NCBI GenBank assembly: GCA_964016885.1
Contig: OZ024746.1
Coordinates: 95,170,001 to 95,234,000 of the forward strand
Length of the DNA: 64,000 bases
DNA from: Eledone cirrhosa
Lineage: Eukaryota
Direction: 5' to 3'
Part shown: piece by piece, positions 43,438 through 56,052 of the stretch
Layout: every line of letters starts with the position of its first letter
Numbering within the stretch: position 1 is the first letter of the stretch
Notes under the pieces: model-generated
Seen by the model: the letters and a program-made list of their open reading frames with translations, nothing else
Database searches by the model: none
Told to the model about the DNA's origin: nothing
Position numbers and translations under genes: made by a program

Positions 43438-45149
43438 CTGAAATATATGTTATATCATTTAACAGTTGTTTCATAACTACTGTCAGCTCTCAGTTAAAAT
43501 ATTCTGAGAGGTGGCAGCCTGAAATATAAAGTAACAAGTTATATAATTTAACATTTGTTTCACAACTATTATCACCTCTCATTCACAATATTTAGGGAGT
43601 GTCTGGTTTTTGTGGGTGATTGAGAGAGAGGGGGAGATGGGGGGGGGGGGGGGCTATGTATTCTAGTAAAAATATAATATCACTAACAATCATATGTGCA
43701 GACATATGGTTAAGACATTTTCCAGGTAAGCATGTGTCTCCAAGTTCGATTTCACACTCTAGTACTTTATGTATCTCTTACCACAGGCTTGGGTCAACTG
43801 AGGCCTTATGAGGCAAATTTCAGAAACAGAATGTGTGCTGGAGTTCATTGGATGTATGTGTATATATATATGTGTGTGTGTGTGTGTATATATAGTGTGT
43901 GTTTGCTTTTTACATGAAGATGCGCTTGTGAATGCGGCATGTAAGGCAAATTCACGTAATTAAAGACTAATTTTCTGATTAAAAACCACGCGTGATATAG
44001 TGCGTTATTCATGCAAAGAGAATATTTAATATTTTTTCAAGACACGTTAAAGCAAATTTGAGTATTTCAAGTTCACGTAAGAAGGGGGCAACCACAGTAA
44101 AAAAGGAACTCAATACATTAGTAAAGCGAGAACAACAAAATTTAATATAGAAATGGCTTCTGCAAGACTAGAACTGTTTCATTCATATGGGCATTCTTGG
44201 TGATTTCATACAAATGAAACAGTTCAAGTCTTGTGGAAGCCATTTCTATATTAAATTTCTTTCTATATATATATATATATATATATATATGAAGGCACGT
44301 GGCTGAGTGGTAAGAGAATTGGACCGTTATGTCCTTGAGCAAGATACTTTATTTTACGTTGTCCTTCTACCTGGAGTCACGACTGATAGATAGTATTAGC
44401 AACTGGAAACACCAATGGAAACATTGTTTCCTCGGTCCAATTTGATGAAAGTCGATCGACTGTCGATATATATATATGGAAAAGTGCATGTAAAAATGGT
44501 GATATATATCAATCATCATCATTTTACGTCCGCTTTTCCCTGCTTGCAAGGGTGGGGCGGGAACTGATTCTGGCTTGATTTCTACAGCTGGATGCCCTTC
44601 CTAACACCAACCTCATTTACAGTGAGTGCTGGGTGCTTTTTTTCCATGGTGCCTACACATCCACTTTACAGTGTGGGCTGGGTGCTTTTTTGCCGTGGCA
44701 CCTCCACGACCACTTTGCAGTGGAATGATAAGGGCCCCAGTCCTGTCATCTCATTTCTACAGCTGAGTAAACTGGAGCAATGTGAAATAAAGTGTCTTGC
44801 TCAAGGAAACAACACATCACCCTGTCAACAACACATCACATCTATATATATATTATGCATGTTTGTGCTGGTGGTACGAATAAAAGCACCCAGCCCATGC
44901 TGTAAAGTGGTGCTAGTGTTAGGAAGGGCATCCAACCAATGTATTAATGCCAAAACAATTAACAATTATTAGATGATGTGTGTGTATGTGAATGCAAAGT
45001 TTAGGTACTTATAGGTACTCTGCAGTGAATCTGCAAAGCAGTGAAAAATATTCAATACCAATAATAGAGTTGAGTATTAATTCATGGTTGAGTCTTTCTG
45101 AGCTGCTACTCAGAGTTTCTTGTCATCACAAGTAATTTACCACACTTAC

Positions 45150-45320
45150 CTCATCAAGTAATAACAAAGATGGGTCCATAATTAGAGCTCGAGCAATAGC
45201 TATTCTCTGTTTCTGTCCACCAGATAGACGAATCCCTCGTTCTCCTACAAGTGTATCGTAGCCATCTTCAAAAGTCATGATGAAATCGTGTGCGTTGGCC
45301 TTTTTTGCAGCTTCAACAAT
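45150..45320 (-). CDS. ABCB half-transporter exon (signature motif, Walker B)
   Basis: [57 protein letters not shown]; GTAAG donor. Confidence 0.96.
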
Positions 45321-45382
45321 CTTGAATAATCAATACATGAACAGCTATTAGTTATTTTAATTCAGATATAATGGGGTGTGAA

Positions 45383-45686
45383 CAGGGCCAGATTTAATGA
45401 GGGGCAAAGGGGGCAATTGCTCTGGGCACCCTGCAGTGAGGGTGCCCCACCAGTGACGGCCGTAGCAATTTATTTGTGCCATCAGCTGGACCTTTTAGTT
45501 TTAGGATGGTTAGATTTTTTTAATTTAATAACCGTATGTATAACTTTTCAATTCCAATTACTTGTACCAAGCTAACTTTGATATGTAAAATTGGGGGGGG
45601 GGGGGGGGTATTCTATTTTTTTGTGAATGAGGGGTCCCCCCAAACCTCAAGTACCCCAGGCTGCCCAACGTCTAAATTCAACCCTG
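45383..45686. mobile_element. hAT-type MITE
   Basis: TIRs CAGGGCCAGATTTA / TAAATTCAACCCTG; 8-bp TSD GGTGTGAA / GCTGTGAA (one mismatch). Confidence 0.75.
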
Positions 45687-46236
45687 GCTGTGAAAATATG
45701 AAGCCTGAAGGCTTTATGATAAAGATAAAAATGATGATGATGATGATGATGGTGGTGGTGCTGCTGCTGCTGTTAGAGCTCACAGCAGCATATAGGTCTA
45801 GTTAGCCTTCTATAAGATTGTATCTCAGGAGGTTTCTGTGGTTGTTTTACTTATTGGAGCCCCAGTCCTGTCATGTCAACATTTTCTAGTGACAGGAAGC
45901 AGGATTTGAACTCAGAGCACAGAGAATTGAAACAACTACAAGACATAGTCCAATACTCTAATGATTCTAATTTGCTGTTGTTGTTGATGATGATGGTGAT
46001 CAATGTCACCATGACATCCTATCTTTTTTAAAGCCTGCTTTATCAAATGTGGTCTTTTCCTTGTCTAATCTATTTCATACTAACATGTCCATAACCATTT
46101 CTGGTTCTATGACACAAAACTCCCCATTTTAGAAGGCCCCTACTTACATTAAAACCTTCCAACATAATTTTATATAACATCCATTTGTTAAGTTATGCTA
46201 CATCATGAAACACACACAGAGAAAAATTTAGAAATA

Positions 46237-46425
46237 TCATCATCATCATCATCATTATTTTACATCTGCTTTGCCATGTTTGCATGGGTGGGATGGGTCC
46301 TTTGCAGCACAGCATCTCTCCACACATTGCTTTCCTTTGTCATCGCCTCTGTGTATCTCAGTGTTTTGAGGTCAGCTCTCACAACCTCTGCCCAGGTCTT
46401 TCTTGGTCTACCTCTACTGCGATTA
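46237..46425 (-). mobile_element. RTE 3' end fragment
   Basis: RSRGRPRKTWAEVVRADL with a (TGA)n tail. Confidence 0.85.
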
Positions 46426-46454
46426 TAGAATGACTGTCTTGCTACCAACACCCT

Positions 46455-47180
46455 TTGGCTCAGACTAAATCAGCTAAAGTCAACACCTGCAGCACTTGCA
46501 GCACCACGAACAGATGGAAGAGGGGCCGGAACTGTTCGAGGTGCGGCTGCTTCCACCACCTCACCTGTGTTGGCTTGACGTGTTGAGCTTCCAGTGCCCT
46601 CGCAGCGTGAGGATACAGAAACTGTCTCTTCCCTTCGTCTGCTCAGCGACGGCCGTCTGGCACACCACCAGATGAGACAACGAGCTTGCCTGATGCCCAA
46701 GCCTTGCTGGTCAACATCGCTCGGCTCAGGCGGCTCCGGAAGATCCCACTCAGGATCCCGAGAGCGGCCCAAGTGTCGGTAGCCAATGCCCTCGCTTCCT
46801 CAATTGAGAGCGCCCTGGACTCCAATCGAGCCAGTGACTGGGAGCGACTCTTCTATTTCACCCCACTCGCCCTCCCCAACTCTGGCGCTGACCAAGGCGG
46901 CCGGTCGACAACACTAACCCTGGTTCTGCTGCACGTCAGGCTGAGGGGGCTAAACTCCTCAAATACTGGTCGCTCTCCGACAGGTTTGCGGTTGTGCCCC
47001 TGGCAGTGGAGACCTCTGGTGTCCTTGGCCCTAGGGCTACCTCCCTACTCACCACCATAGGCGCTGAGCTGGCCAGCCGCAGGTGTGAGCCCCACGAGTT
47101 GAAGTGGCTTTTCCAGCGCGTCTCCCTTGCCGTCCTCCGGGAAACGCCTTCTCCACTCTGTCCGCCGGGGCTGTGGGGAG
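46455..47180 (+). mobile_element. Internally deleted CRE-like retroelement
   Basis: GC-rich; N-proximal LRKIPLRIPRAAQVSVANAL...WERLFYF is joined to C-terminal PLAVETSGVLGPRA...WLFQRVSLAVLR. Confidence 0.8.
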
Positions 47181-47677
47181 ACAAGTTGATTATATTACGA
47201 ATTCTGTTGAATACTCTTAAATACTTCAATAGTGAGCACTGGGGCCCCCCAAGTTTTCTTTTTCATTTCTCATATGAATAAAAGCAATTTGACGCACTCA
47301 GAATTGACCCCTCCTCAGTAGACTACATAGTTCTGTCTCTTTCGTGAACTGGGTTGAACTGCCTTGGACAGTTCAGGACTGACTATTTAAGAGGATGCAG
47401 TTATTCTATGACAATCAGAAGATGACCTCTAGATAACCATTCCTCCAGAGAATTTGGCAACACAAATCCCAAACAAAGAAAGTATTTATCTATGAAGTCA
47501 AAAGGTCAGCATGTGTAGTCACAATCACCTATTTAGCTAACTTGAGAACAAAAGTTTAAATCACTCTGCTTAGATTCACCTCAGTTTTAGGTGGTTTGGT
47601 GGGAAAAGAGTTCAAACAACAAAATATAAGTAAAGAGTAAATAAAAAATGGAAAATGGAATAAGAAAGCAAGTGTAC

Positions 47678-47811
47678 CTCTTCTAGAGTTGAGTCTCGGC
47701 CAAAGGCTATGTTGTCTTTGATGGAACAAGCAAACAGGGTTGGTTCTTGGCCCACCATCGCAATTCGCTTGCGAAACCATGAAGGGTTTAAGGTTTTAAT
47801 GTGAAAGCCAC
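47678..47811 (-). CDS. ABCB half-transporter exon (Q-loop)
   Basis: GGFHIKTLNPSWFRKRIAMVGQEPTLFACSIKDNIAFGRDSTLEE; phase 1-0. Confidence 0.96.
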
Positions 47812-48343
47812 CTGAGATGAAAAGTAACAAATAAACAAAGAAATTAGTCCAAAAATATATAAAAATATATAAAATATTTAATTTTATTTTCATTTCAGTG
47901 GAACTACATAGTCACTTGAACTGCTGGGAATGATAGCCAAATCTCCCTCCATCTTTTGACTATTTCATTAATATATTTCTGATGAAAGATAATGACTAGA
48001 ATTTTCAAATAATTTTGAAAATATTTAAGAATTTGGAAGGATTTAGTAAAATAACTAACCTTCTCATTATAACGTGGTGTTTTGGTGTTTAGAACAAATT
48101 TTAATGAAGGTTGTTACATAAAAATATGATGGAAGGTTTTTTTGATAAACTCTTTAAATTAAACACCTTAGTATTGTAGAACCGAGAGTGATTTCAGGCA
48201 GTTTGGTATCAAAAAGGTTAAAAAAGAATGACACATAATGTCATCCAAAATATAATGTCTGAATAAAATATGGAATAACCATGGGTGAAATGTCTTTTAA
48301 TCAGATGTCTGATAAATCAGGATCACCTTGAAGTTAAACAACA

Positions 48344-48650
48344 GTGACTTAACAGTTATAATTGGTCTTAAATCACTTAACAGTTATAATTGATCTTAAA
48401 TAAATTAACAGTTATAATTGGTCTTAAATCACTTAACAGTTATAATTGATCTTAAATAAATTAACAGTTATACTTGACCTTAAATGACTTAACAGTTATA
48501 ATTGACCTTAAATGACATGACAGTTATACTTGACCCTAAATGACTTGACAGTTATAATTGACCTTCAGTGACTTAACAGTTATAATTGACCTTCAGTGAC
48601 TTAACAGTTATAATTGACCTTAAATAACGAATAGTTATAATTGACCTTAA
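48344..48650. repeat. 28-bp minisatellite, about 11 copies
   Basis: Unit AACAGTTATAATTGACCTTAAATGACTT. Confidence 0.92.
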
Positions 48651-50311
48651 CCTTTAGCATTTAAAACATCCATATCTGGTCAGAATTCTCTCACCTCTTT
48701 CTGTTCAAACCAGCCATAACTGGCCACTCATACTGATATTACGGTATTGTTCTCAAAATAAATAATATCAAAATCTCATAGATTTGATATTATATGAGAT
48801 AATTATGTGAAGTAAAGCTTTTACCATGAAAATACAATAGTATATATAGAGTAACGTAAACGTTATGTGAGATAATTATGTGAGATAAAGCCTTTACCAT
48901 GAAAATACAATAGTATATATAGAGTAACGTAAATGTTATGTGAGATAATTATGTGAAGTAAAGCCTTTACCATGAAAATACAATAGTAAATATAGAGTAG
49001 CGTAAATGTTATGTGAGATAAAGCCTTTACCATGAAAATACAATAGTATATATAGAGTAACGTAAACGTTATGTGAGATAATTATGTGAAGTAAAGCTTT
49101 TACCATGAAAATACAATAGTATATATAGAGTAACGTAAACGTTATGTGAGATAATTATGTGAGATAAAGCCTTTACCATGAAAATACAATAGTATATATA
49201 GAGTAACGTAAATGTTATGTGAGATAATTATGTGAAGTAAAGCCTTTACCATGAAAATACAATAGTAAATATAGAGTAGCGTAAATGTTATGTGAGATAA
49301 AGCCTTTACCATGAAAATACAATAGTATATATAGAGTAACGTAAATGTTATGTGAGATAAAGCCTTTACCATGAAAATACAATAGTAAATATAGAGTAGC
49401 GTAAATGTTATGTGAGATAAAGCCTTTACCATGAAAATACAATAGTATATATAGAGTAACGTAAACGTTATGTGAGATAATTATGTGAGATAAAGCCTTT
49501 ACCATGAAAATACAATAGTATATATAGAGTAACGTAAATGTTATGTGAGATAAAGCCTTTACCATGAAAATACAATAGTAAATATAGAGTAGCGTAAATG
49601 TTATGTGAGATAAAGCCTTTACCATGAAAATACAATAGTATATATAGAGTAGCGTAAATGTTATGTGAGATAAAGCCTTTACCATGAAAATACAATAGTA
49701 TATATAGAGTAACGTAAACGTTATGTGAGATAATTATGTGAGATAAAGCCTTTACCATGAAAATACAATAGTATATATAGAGTAACGTAAATGTTATGTG
49801 AGATAATTATGTGAGATAAAGCCTTTACCATGAAAATACAATAGTAAATATAGAGTAGCGTAAATGTTATGTGAGATAAAGCCTTTACCATGAAAATACA
49901 ATAGTATATATAGAGTAACGTAAATGTTATGTGAGATAAAGCCTTTACCATGAAAATACAATAGTAAATATAGAGTAGCGTAAATGTTATGTGAGATAAA
50001 GCCTTTACCATGAAAATACAATAGTATATATAGAGTAACGTAAATGTTATGTGAGATAATTATGTGAGATAAAGCCTTTACCATGAAAATACAATAGTAA
50101 ATATAGAGTAGCGTAAATGTTATGTGAGATAAAGCCTTTACCATGAAAATACAATAGTATATATAGAGTAACCTAAATGTTATGTGAGATAAAGCCTTTA
50201 CCATGAAAATACAATAGTAAATATAGAGTAGCGTAAATGTTATGTGAGATAAAGCCTTTACCATGAAAATACAATAGTAAATATAGAGTAACGTAAATGT
50301 TAAAGGGTTAA
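48647..50311. mobile_element. piggyBac-type MITE expanded by an internal 60/73-bp minisatellite (about 23 units)
   Basis: TTAA-CCTTTAGCATTTA ... TAAATGTTAAAGGG-TTAA. The repeat unit is an internal segment of the ~200-bp MITE. Confidence 0.9.
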
Positions 50312-50574
50312 ATGACTACCCCAGCCACCCACAACATTTCTCAGGTTTCTCTCTGAGATCCCCCTACAAACTCTCTTTGATAATGGATGGCAAATCCAAA
50401 AATATTTGGGATCATTAAGCATTGCTAATTTCCCCATTCTTTTACTTTACTTCACTGTCTTCTTTTTTCTTCTTCTACTTTCTTATTATCTTGGCATTTT
50501 TACCAAACACGCATTGTTAGGATTCCAAATAAATAAATAACCTATTTCTTATTTGTATTTGTTTGTTGCAATGA

Positions 50575-50780
50575 CTTCTAAATTTTGCACAAGGCCAGCA
50601 ATTTTGTGGGGGAAGGGAAAATTGAATATATTAAATACGTGACTGGTACTTTATTTCATCGACCTCAGAAGGACGAAAGGCAAAACTAACCTTGGTGGGA
50701 TTTGAGCTAAGAACATAAAGAGCCAGAACAAATATTGCTAAGCATTTGTCCGAAGCTGTATCAACCTTTCCAATACACTA
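50575..50780 (-). mobile_element. Diverged tRNA-derived SINE
   Basis: Family core and tail. Confidence 0.75.
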
Positions 50781-51050
50781 CCTTTATTTACATACACATA
50801 ATACAATTACAAATGATAGCTCTACATGGCTGCTCACCCTGCAAGAAATAGCAGCCAAATCTCTTTGAAATCACATCTTTAAAAAATCACACTGGGTAAT
50901 ATATGTCTGTAAAAAATGCTTTCAAGAATATTTATGTTTGATCTAGACTGACTTAGGGAATAAACAGCAACATCAACAATAAATTATCATCCCTATACGT
51001 GAAAATGCTATATTTGTTTTTCTTAAAACTGTTTTATAATCACAACTCAC

Positions 51051-51177
51051 CAAGAAATATCTTGCCACTGTCAGGATCATAGAATCGCTCAATAAGATTC
51101 ACGATTGTAGATTTTCCACCTCCAGAGGGCCCTACTAATGCTATCACATTGCCAGACTCAACCTTGAATGACACTCC
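51051..51177 (-). CDS. ABCB half-transporter exon (Walker A)
   Basis: [42 protein letters not shown]; phase 0-1; GTGAG donor. Confidence 0.97.
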
Positions 51178-51289
51178 CTGCAATAATAATAATAATAATA
51201 CATATAAAATTGAGAAAACTCATCACTAGAACAACCGTTAAAACAGCTAAATGATGTCAACGACAGCGATGGGCAAAAATGTCTCAGAG

Positions 51290-51490
51290 GACAGAGATCA
51301 ACAGGCAGAGGTCAACAGGCAGAGGTCAAGAGGCAGAGGTCAAGAGGCAGAGATCAAGAGGCAGAGGTCAACAGGCAGAGGTCAACAGGCAGAGGTCAAC
51401 AGGCAGAGGTCAACAGGCAGAGGTCAACAGGCAGAGATCAACAGGCAGAGGTCAACAGGCAGAGATCAACAGGCAGAGGTCAACAGAGAG
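51290..51490. repeat. 14-bp minisatellite GAGGTCAACAGGCA
   Basis: About 14 copies, inside the dispersed element at 51200-51520. Confidence 0.93.
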
Positions 51491-51529
51491 ACAATCCACA
51501 GTCAGATGAAATATTGTTTTTTCATAATA

Positions 51530-51945
51530 ATTGTTTCTAGTTTAGGCACAAGGACAGAAATTTTGGGGAGGGAAAATCGACCCCAGTGCATTACTGGTGC
51601 TTTATTTTATCAACCCCATAAGGATGAAAGGCAAAGTTAACCACGGCAGGTTTTGAACTCAGAATGCAAAAGGCCATAACTCTATGCTGCAAAGCATGGT
51701 GTCTGACGCTCTACTGATACTGCCAATCCACCGCTCATAATGATAACTGTTTCTACATTTAGTACAAGGTCAGCAATTTTGAAAGGAAGTACGAGTCGAT
51801 TATATCAACCCCAGTATTTAACTGGTACTTTATTTTATCAACCTTTGACAGATGAAAGGCAAAGTTGACTTCAGCAGGATTTAAACTCAGAACAAATACC
51901 GTTAGGCATTTATCTGATGCTGCAATGAATCTGCCAATCCACCCT
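51530..51945 (-). mobile_element. Two tandem SINE copies
   Basis: Family consensus. Confidence 0.85.
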
Positions 51946-52056
51946 ACTACAATCAGCACAAAAACAGCAGGAAAAATCATAACCATCATTTAACATCCAC
52001 TTTCTCTGGTACCAAGTGTTGGGGGTCATCACAGAGCAGGTGGGTACTTAATTGAT

Positions 52057-53057
52057 GTCATGAGGAAGGGAGTGTTACCTGGACAGGTGAGGTTAATGTC
52101 AGGAGAAAGGGAGTGTTACCAGGACAGGTGAGGTAGATGTCAGGAGGAAAGGAATGTTACCTGGACAGGTGAGACTGATGTCAGGAGGAAGGGAGTGTTT
52201 CCTGGACAGGTGAGACTGATGTCAGGAGAAAGAGACTGTCACCAGGACAGGTGAGGTTGATGTCAGGAGAAAGAAACTGTCACCAGGACAGGTGAGGTTG
52301 ATGTCAGGAGAAAGAGACTGTCACCAGGACAGGTGAGACTGATGTCAGAAGGAAGAGACTGTCACCAGGACAGGTGAGGTTGATGTCAGGAGAAAGAAAC
52401 TGTCACCAGGACAGGTGAGGTTGATGTCAGGAGAAAGAGACTGTCACCAGGACAGGTGAGACTGATGTCAGAAGGAAGAGACTGTCACCAAGACAGGTGA
52501 GGTTGATGTCAGGAGAAAGAAACTGTCACCAGGACAGGTGAGGTTGATGTCAGGAGAAAGAGACTGTCACCAGGACAGGTGAGACTGATGTCAGAAGGAA
52601 GAGACTGTCACCAAGACAGGTGAGGTTGATGTCAGGAGAAAGAAACTGTCACCAAGACAGGTGAGGTTGATGTCAGGAGAAAGAGACTGTCACCAGGACA
52701 GGTGAGGTTGATGTCAGGAGGAAGAGACTGTCACCAGGACAGGTGAGACTGATGTCAGAAGGAAGAGACTGTCACCAGGACAGGTGAGGTTGATGTCAGG
52801 AGGAAGAGACTGTCACCAAGACAGGTGAGGTTGATGTCAGGAGGAAGAGACTGTCACCAAGACAGGTGAGGTTGATGTCAGGAGGAAGAGACTGTCACCA
52901 AGACAGGTGAGGTTGATGTCAGGAGAAAGAAACTGTCACCAAGACAGGTGAGGTTGATGTCAGGAGGAAGAGACTGTCACCAGGACAGGTGAGGTTGGTG
53001 TCAGGAGAAAGAGACTGTCACCAGGACAGGTGAGGTTGGTGTCAGGAGGAAGAGACC
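52057..53057. repeat. 41-bp minisatellite, about 24 copies
   Basis: Unit CCAGGACAGGTGAGGTTGATGTCAGGAGAAAGAGACTGTCA. Confidence 0.96.
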
Positions 53058-53487
53058 GCCAGCAGGATCTTTGCATGAGTGAGGACATTGATGTAGTTGA
53101 TGCTTAACTTGAGGGGAATCATGGAGAGGAAAAATCCAGTGGTTTGACATTCTGACAATTAAAGACTTGGCAAAGAGGTGAATGTAATGAGGCCTGGGAG
53201 GAGAGAGAATGAGAGAGAGAGAGAGTGAGAGAGAGTAAGTGACCAGGTAGACTTAGTTGGAGGTGGTATGTAACTAACAGGTGATGTGGATCAAAGTCCA
53301 TTATAGTGACAGCAATAGAAAAGCAGAGTAGAGACAGCACACCTGTATGGTAGAGGTTAGGGTGTGCTGGTGAGTAAGTCTTAGCAATAGAATGGCTTCT
53401 GTTCAATCAGGCTGGCCAGAAAATGAGGCAGGGGTTCTAATCAACAATAACAACAACAATAACAGCAACAGAAATCAGAGGTATTAC

Positions 53488-53549
53488 CTTTAAGACTTCA
53501 CTCTCAGGACGTGATGGATAAGAAAACTTCACATCACAGAACTCCACAG
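53488..53549 (-). CDS. ABCB half-transporter exon (start of NBD, A-loop)
   Basis: AVEFCDVKFSYPSRPESEVLK; phase 1-0. Confidence 0.95.
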
Positions 53550-53959
53550 CTGAAACAGAATAGAAAAAATTCAGAATTTACAGCATTATCTATATATATA
53601 TTATTCAGTTGTGTATATATATATATACAAATATAAATTAGCGAGAATCGTATTTCGGCTATTGGAAATTAGCGAAAAACAACTTCTGAGATGTGTGGCA
53701 AGTGCTCAATAAATTCTAATGAACCAGAGCTACAACATACATTAAAAGGCCAAACACACTGAGACGATGGTTAAACCATTATCCGCACAGCCATAGAAAC
53801 GACCAAGTAATTTGGGTCAAACAAATAAAAAAAATGTGATTGAAAAATTTACCCGGACCTCTGGATGGTTGGTAAAATCCAGCATTTGGGTTTCTGCGAC
53901 TCCTAAATCAAGATATATATATATATATATATATATACATACATATATATATATATATA

Positions 53960-54335
53960 TATCATTATCATCATCACCGTTTTACGTCCGTTCTTCCACG
54001 CTAGCATGGGTTAGACGGGTTGTCCTGTTATGGGCAGTGTCCGGTCGGCTGACCATGTCTTGCTCATTCGGGAACTGATTCTGGCTTGATTATCTACAGC
54101 TGGATGCCCTTCCTAACACTAACCTCATTTACAGTGTGGGCTGGGTGCTTTTTTGCCGTGGCATCTCCATGACCACTTTGCAGTGGAATGATATGGACCC
54201 GAGTCCTATCATCTCATTTCTACAGCTGAGTAAACTGGAGCAACGTGAAATAAAATGTCTTGCTCAAGTCCAAAAATTGAACTCATAAATTTATGATTGT
54301 GAGCTCAATGCTCTAACCACCGAGCCATACAGCTT
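53960..54335 (-). mobile_element. SINE with an RTE-like 3' tail (second family; related copies at about 44510-44820, 35140-35270 and 42805-42970)
   Basis: Shares TTTACGTCC...CACGCTAGCATGGGTT, CTACAGCTGGATGCCCTTCCTAACAC and CAGCTGAGTAAACTGGAGCAA with those copies; (TGA)n tail. Confidence 0.75.
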
Positions 54336-54369
54336 AACGGTATGACTATATAATAACAGTAATAATAAT

Positions 54370-54547
54370 TGTTTCTATTTTTGGCACAAGGCTAGCAATT
54401 ACCCCAATGCACTACTGGTACTTTATTTTATCGACCCCGTAAGGCAAAGTAAACCTCAGTGGGATTTGAACTCAGAATGCAAAGGGCTATAACTCTATGC
54501 TGCAAGGCATGGTGTCTGACGCTCTACCTATACTGCCAATCCACCAC
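54370..54547 (-). mobile_element. tRNA-derived SINE about 35 bp from an exon donor site
   Basis: Family consensus; ACAGTAATAATAAT direct repeat on both flanks. Confidence 0.88.
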
Positions 54548-54581
54548 AGTAATAATAATAACAATAATAATAAATTCTTAC

Positions 54582-54675
54582 CGCCATCAATTTTCTCTGG
54601 GCAAACTCCTGTCTCCATGGAAATTAAAGGTTCCCTGTCAAGTAACTCGAAAACCCTTGAAGATGCTCCAACAGC
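54582..54675 (-). CDS. ABCB half-transporter exon (TMD-NBD linker)
   Basis: AVGASSRVFELLDREPLISMETGVCPEKIDG; phase 0-1. Confidence 0.94.
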
Positions 54676-54951
54676 CTACAAAAGAAAGAAATGGGCATTT
54701 ATTGAAAAATTAGTTGTATGTAGTGAAATGGATTTAGTAATATAACTAACTTTCCCATTATTAAAGTGATGTTTGGAACATAACTTAAAGGTTCTTACAT
54801 AAAGTTATGGTGGAAGGTTTTTAGATGAATATAAATATTTTAAAACAAAAAGTTTTCTGAAAAACATTGTTCTTTCTGATCGAGATGAAGCGAGGGTGCA
54901 CTTGAATACATAGAAAAATGAGAAAACTCATCGCTACAACATCCGTTAAAA

Positions 54952-55306
54952 CAGTGGCCAGTGGTCAACAGAGAGACAATCCACAAGGTGGGTGACAGGT
55001 AGATGAAATATAATGCCTCAGAGACCAGCAGCCAGTGGTCAACAGAGAGACAATCCACAAGGTGGGTGACAGGTAGATGAAATATAATGCCTCAGAGACC
55101 AGCAGCCAGTGGTCAACAGAGAGACAATCCACAAGGTGGGTGACAGGTAGATGAAATATAATGCCTCAGAGACCAGCAGCCAGTGGTCAACAGAGAGACA
55201 ATCCACAAGGTGGGTGACAGGTAGATGAAATATAATGCCTCAGAGACCAGTGGCCAGTGGTCAACAGAGAGACAATCTACAAGGTGGGTGACAGGTAGAT
55301 GAAATA
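54952..55306. repeat. 74-bp minisatellite, about 4.7 copies, inside the dispersed element at 54870-55500
   Basis: GTGGTCAACAG recurs at 54961, 55035, 55109, 55183 and 55257. Confidence 0.95.
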
Positions 55307-55596
55307 GAGAAAAAAATGGAATGAGGAGGAGGACAAGTTGAAGTGTGTTGACATATAGAAGTGACTGGAAGAAGGACATAAAGAAAGGCAATGTACAAAA
55401 CAAGTTCACACACATCTTCACCTTCATCAGCTCTCAAACCAGCAATATGGTTTCGCACAATTTAATTGAGAGTGCCACTTTAAAATGCTGGATCACGCAT
55501 ATATTGTAGAAGCAAGAGGGAATGGTTTGAAGTGGTTTAGTATCAAATAGGTTAACATGTGAATCATTCAATTGATAGCAAACAAAGAAGCACATT

Positions 55597-55803
55597 TAAC
55601 CCTTTAGCCTTTACATTACTCCGTATTTGCTATTATATTTTCATGGTAAGGGCTTTATGTCACATAATTATCCAACATAATACCGAATCTATGAGATTTT
55701 GATATTATTTATTTTAAGAACAATACCTTCATATCAGTATGAGCAGCCGGTTACAGCCAGTTTGAACAGAAGGATAAGGCCGGTTTAAATGCTAAAGGGT
55801 TAA
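55597..55803. mobile_element. Full piggyBac-type MITE
   Basis: TTAA-CCCTTTAGC ... GCTAAAGGG-TTAA. Confidence 0.9.
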
Positions 55804-55840
55804 ACACTAATATTATTGATGTGTAAAATACACAACTTAC

Positions 55841-55914
55841 TTGCATGAAATCTCCATAGAGTGATGATAAAAATGCAAAAGCCATGGCCACTTGTAATGT
55901 ATACAAGAGAAAAG
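55841..55914 (-). CDS. ABCB half-transporter exon (last TM helix)
   Basis: SFLLYTLQVAMAFAFLSSLYGDFMQ; phase 1-0; GTAAG donor. Confidence 0.94.
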
Positions 55915-56052
55915 CTGCAATAGAGAACGAAAACATAACCATACACAAAAAAGTCTTTACATCGTTGTCTTTACATCATCATCACCATCATCAACATTCT
56001 CATCATCATCATCATCCTCATTCACATTCCCATCATTATTATCAACAACATA

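Noticed and set aside
49142-50264. Repetitive hydrophobic ORFs (also 11430-12074, 38415-38735, 51251-51640, 55113-55427)
   Set aside because: They arise from minisatellite units and show no independent coding evidence.
52057-53057. CRISPR-like appearance of regular 39-41-bp repeats (also 38040-38731)
   Set aside because: Units are contiguous with no unique spacers, there are no cas genes, and the context is eukaryotic.
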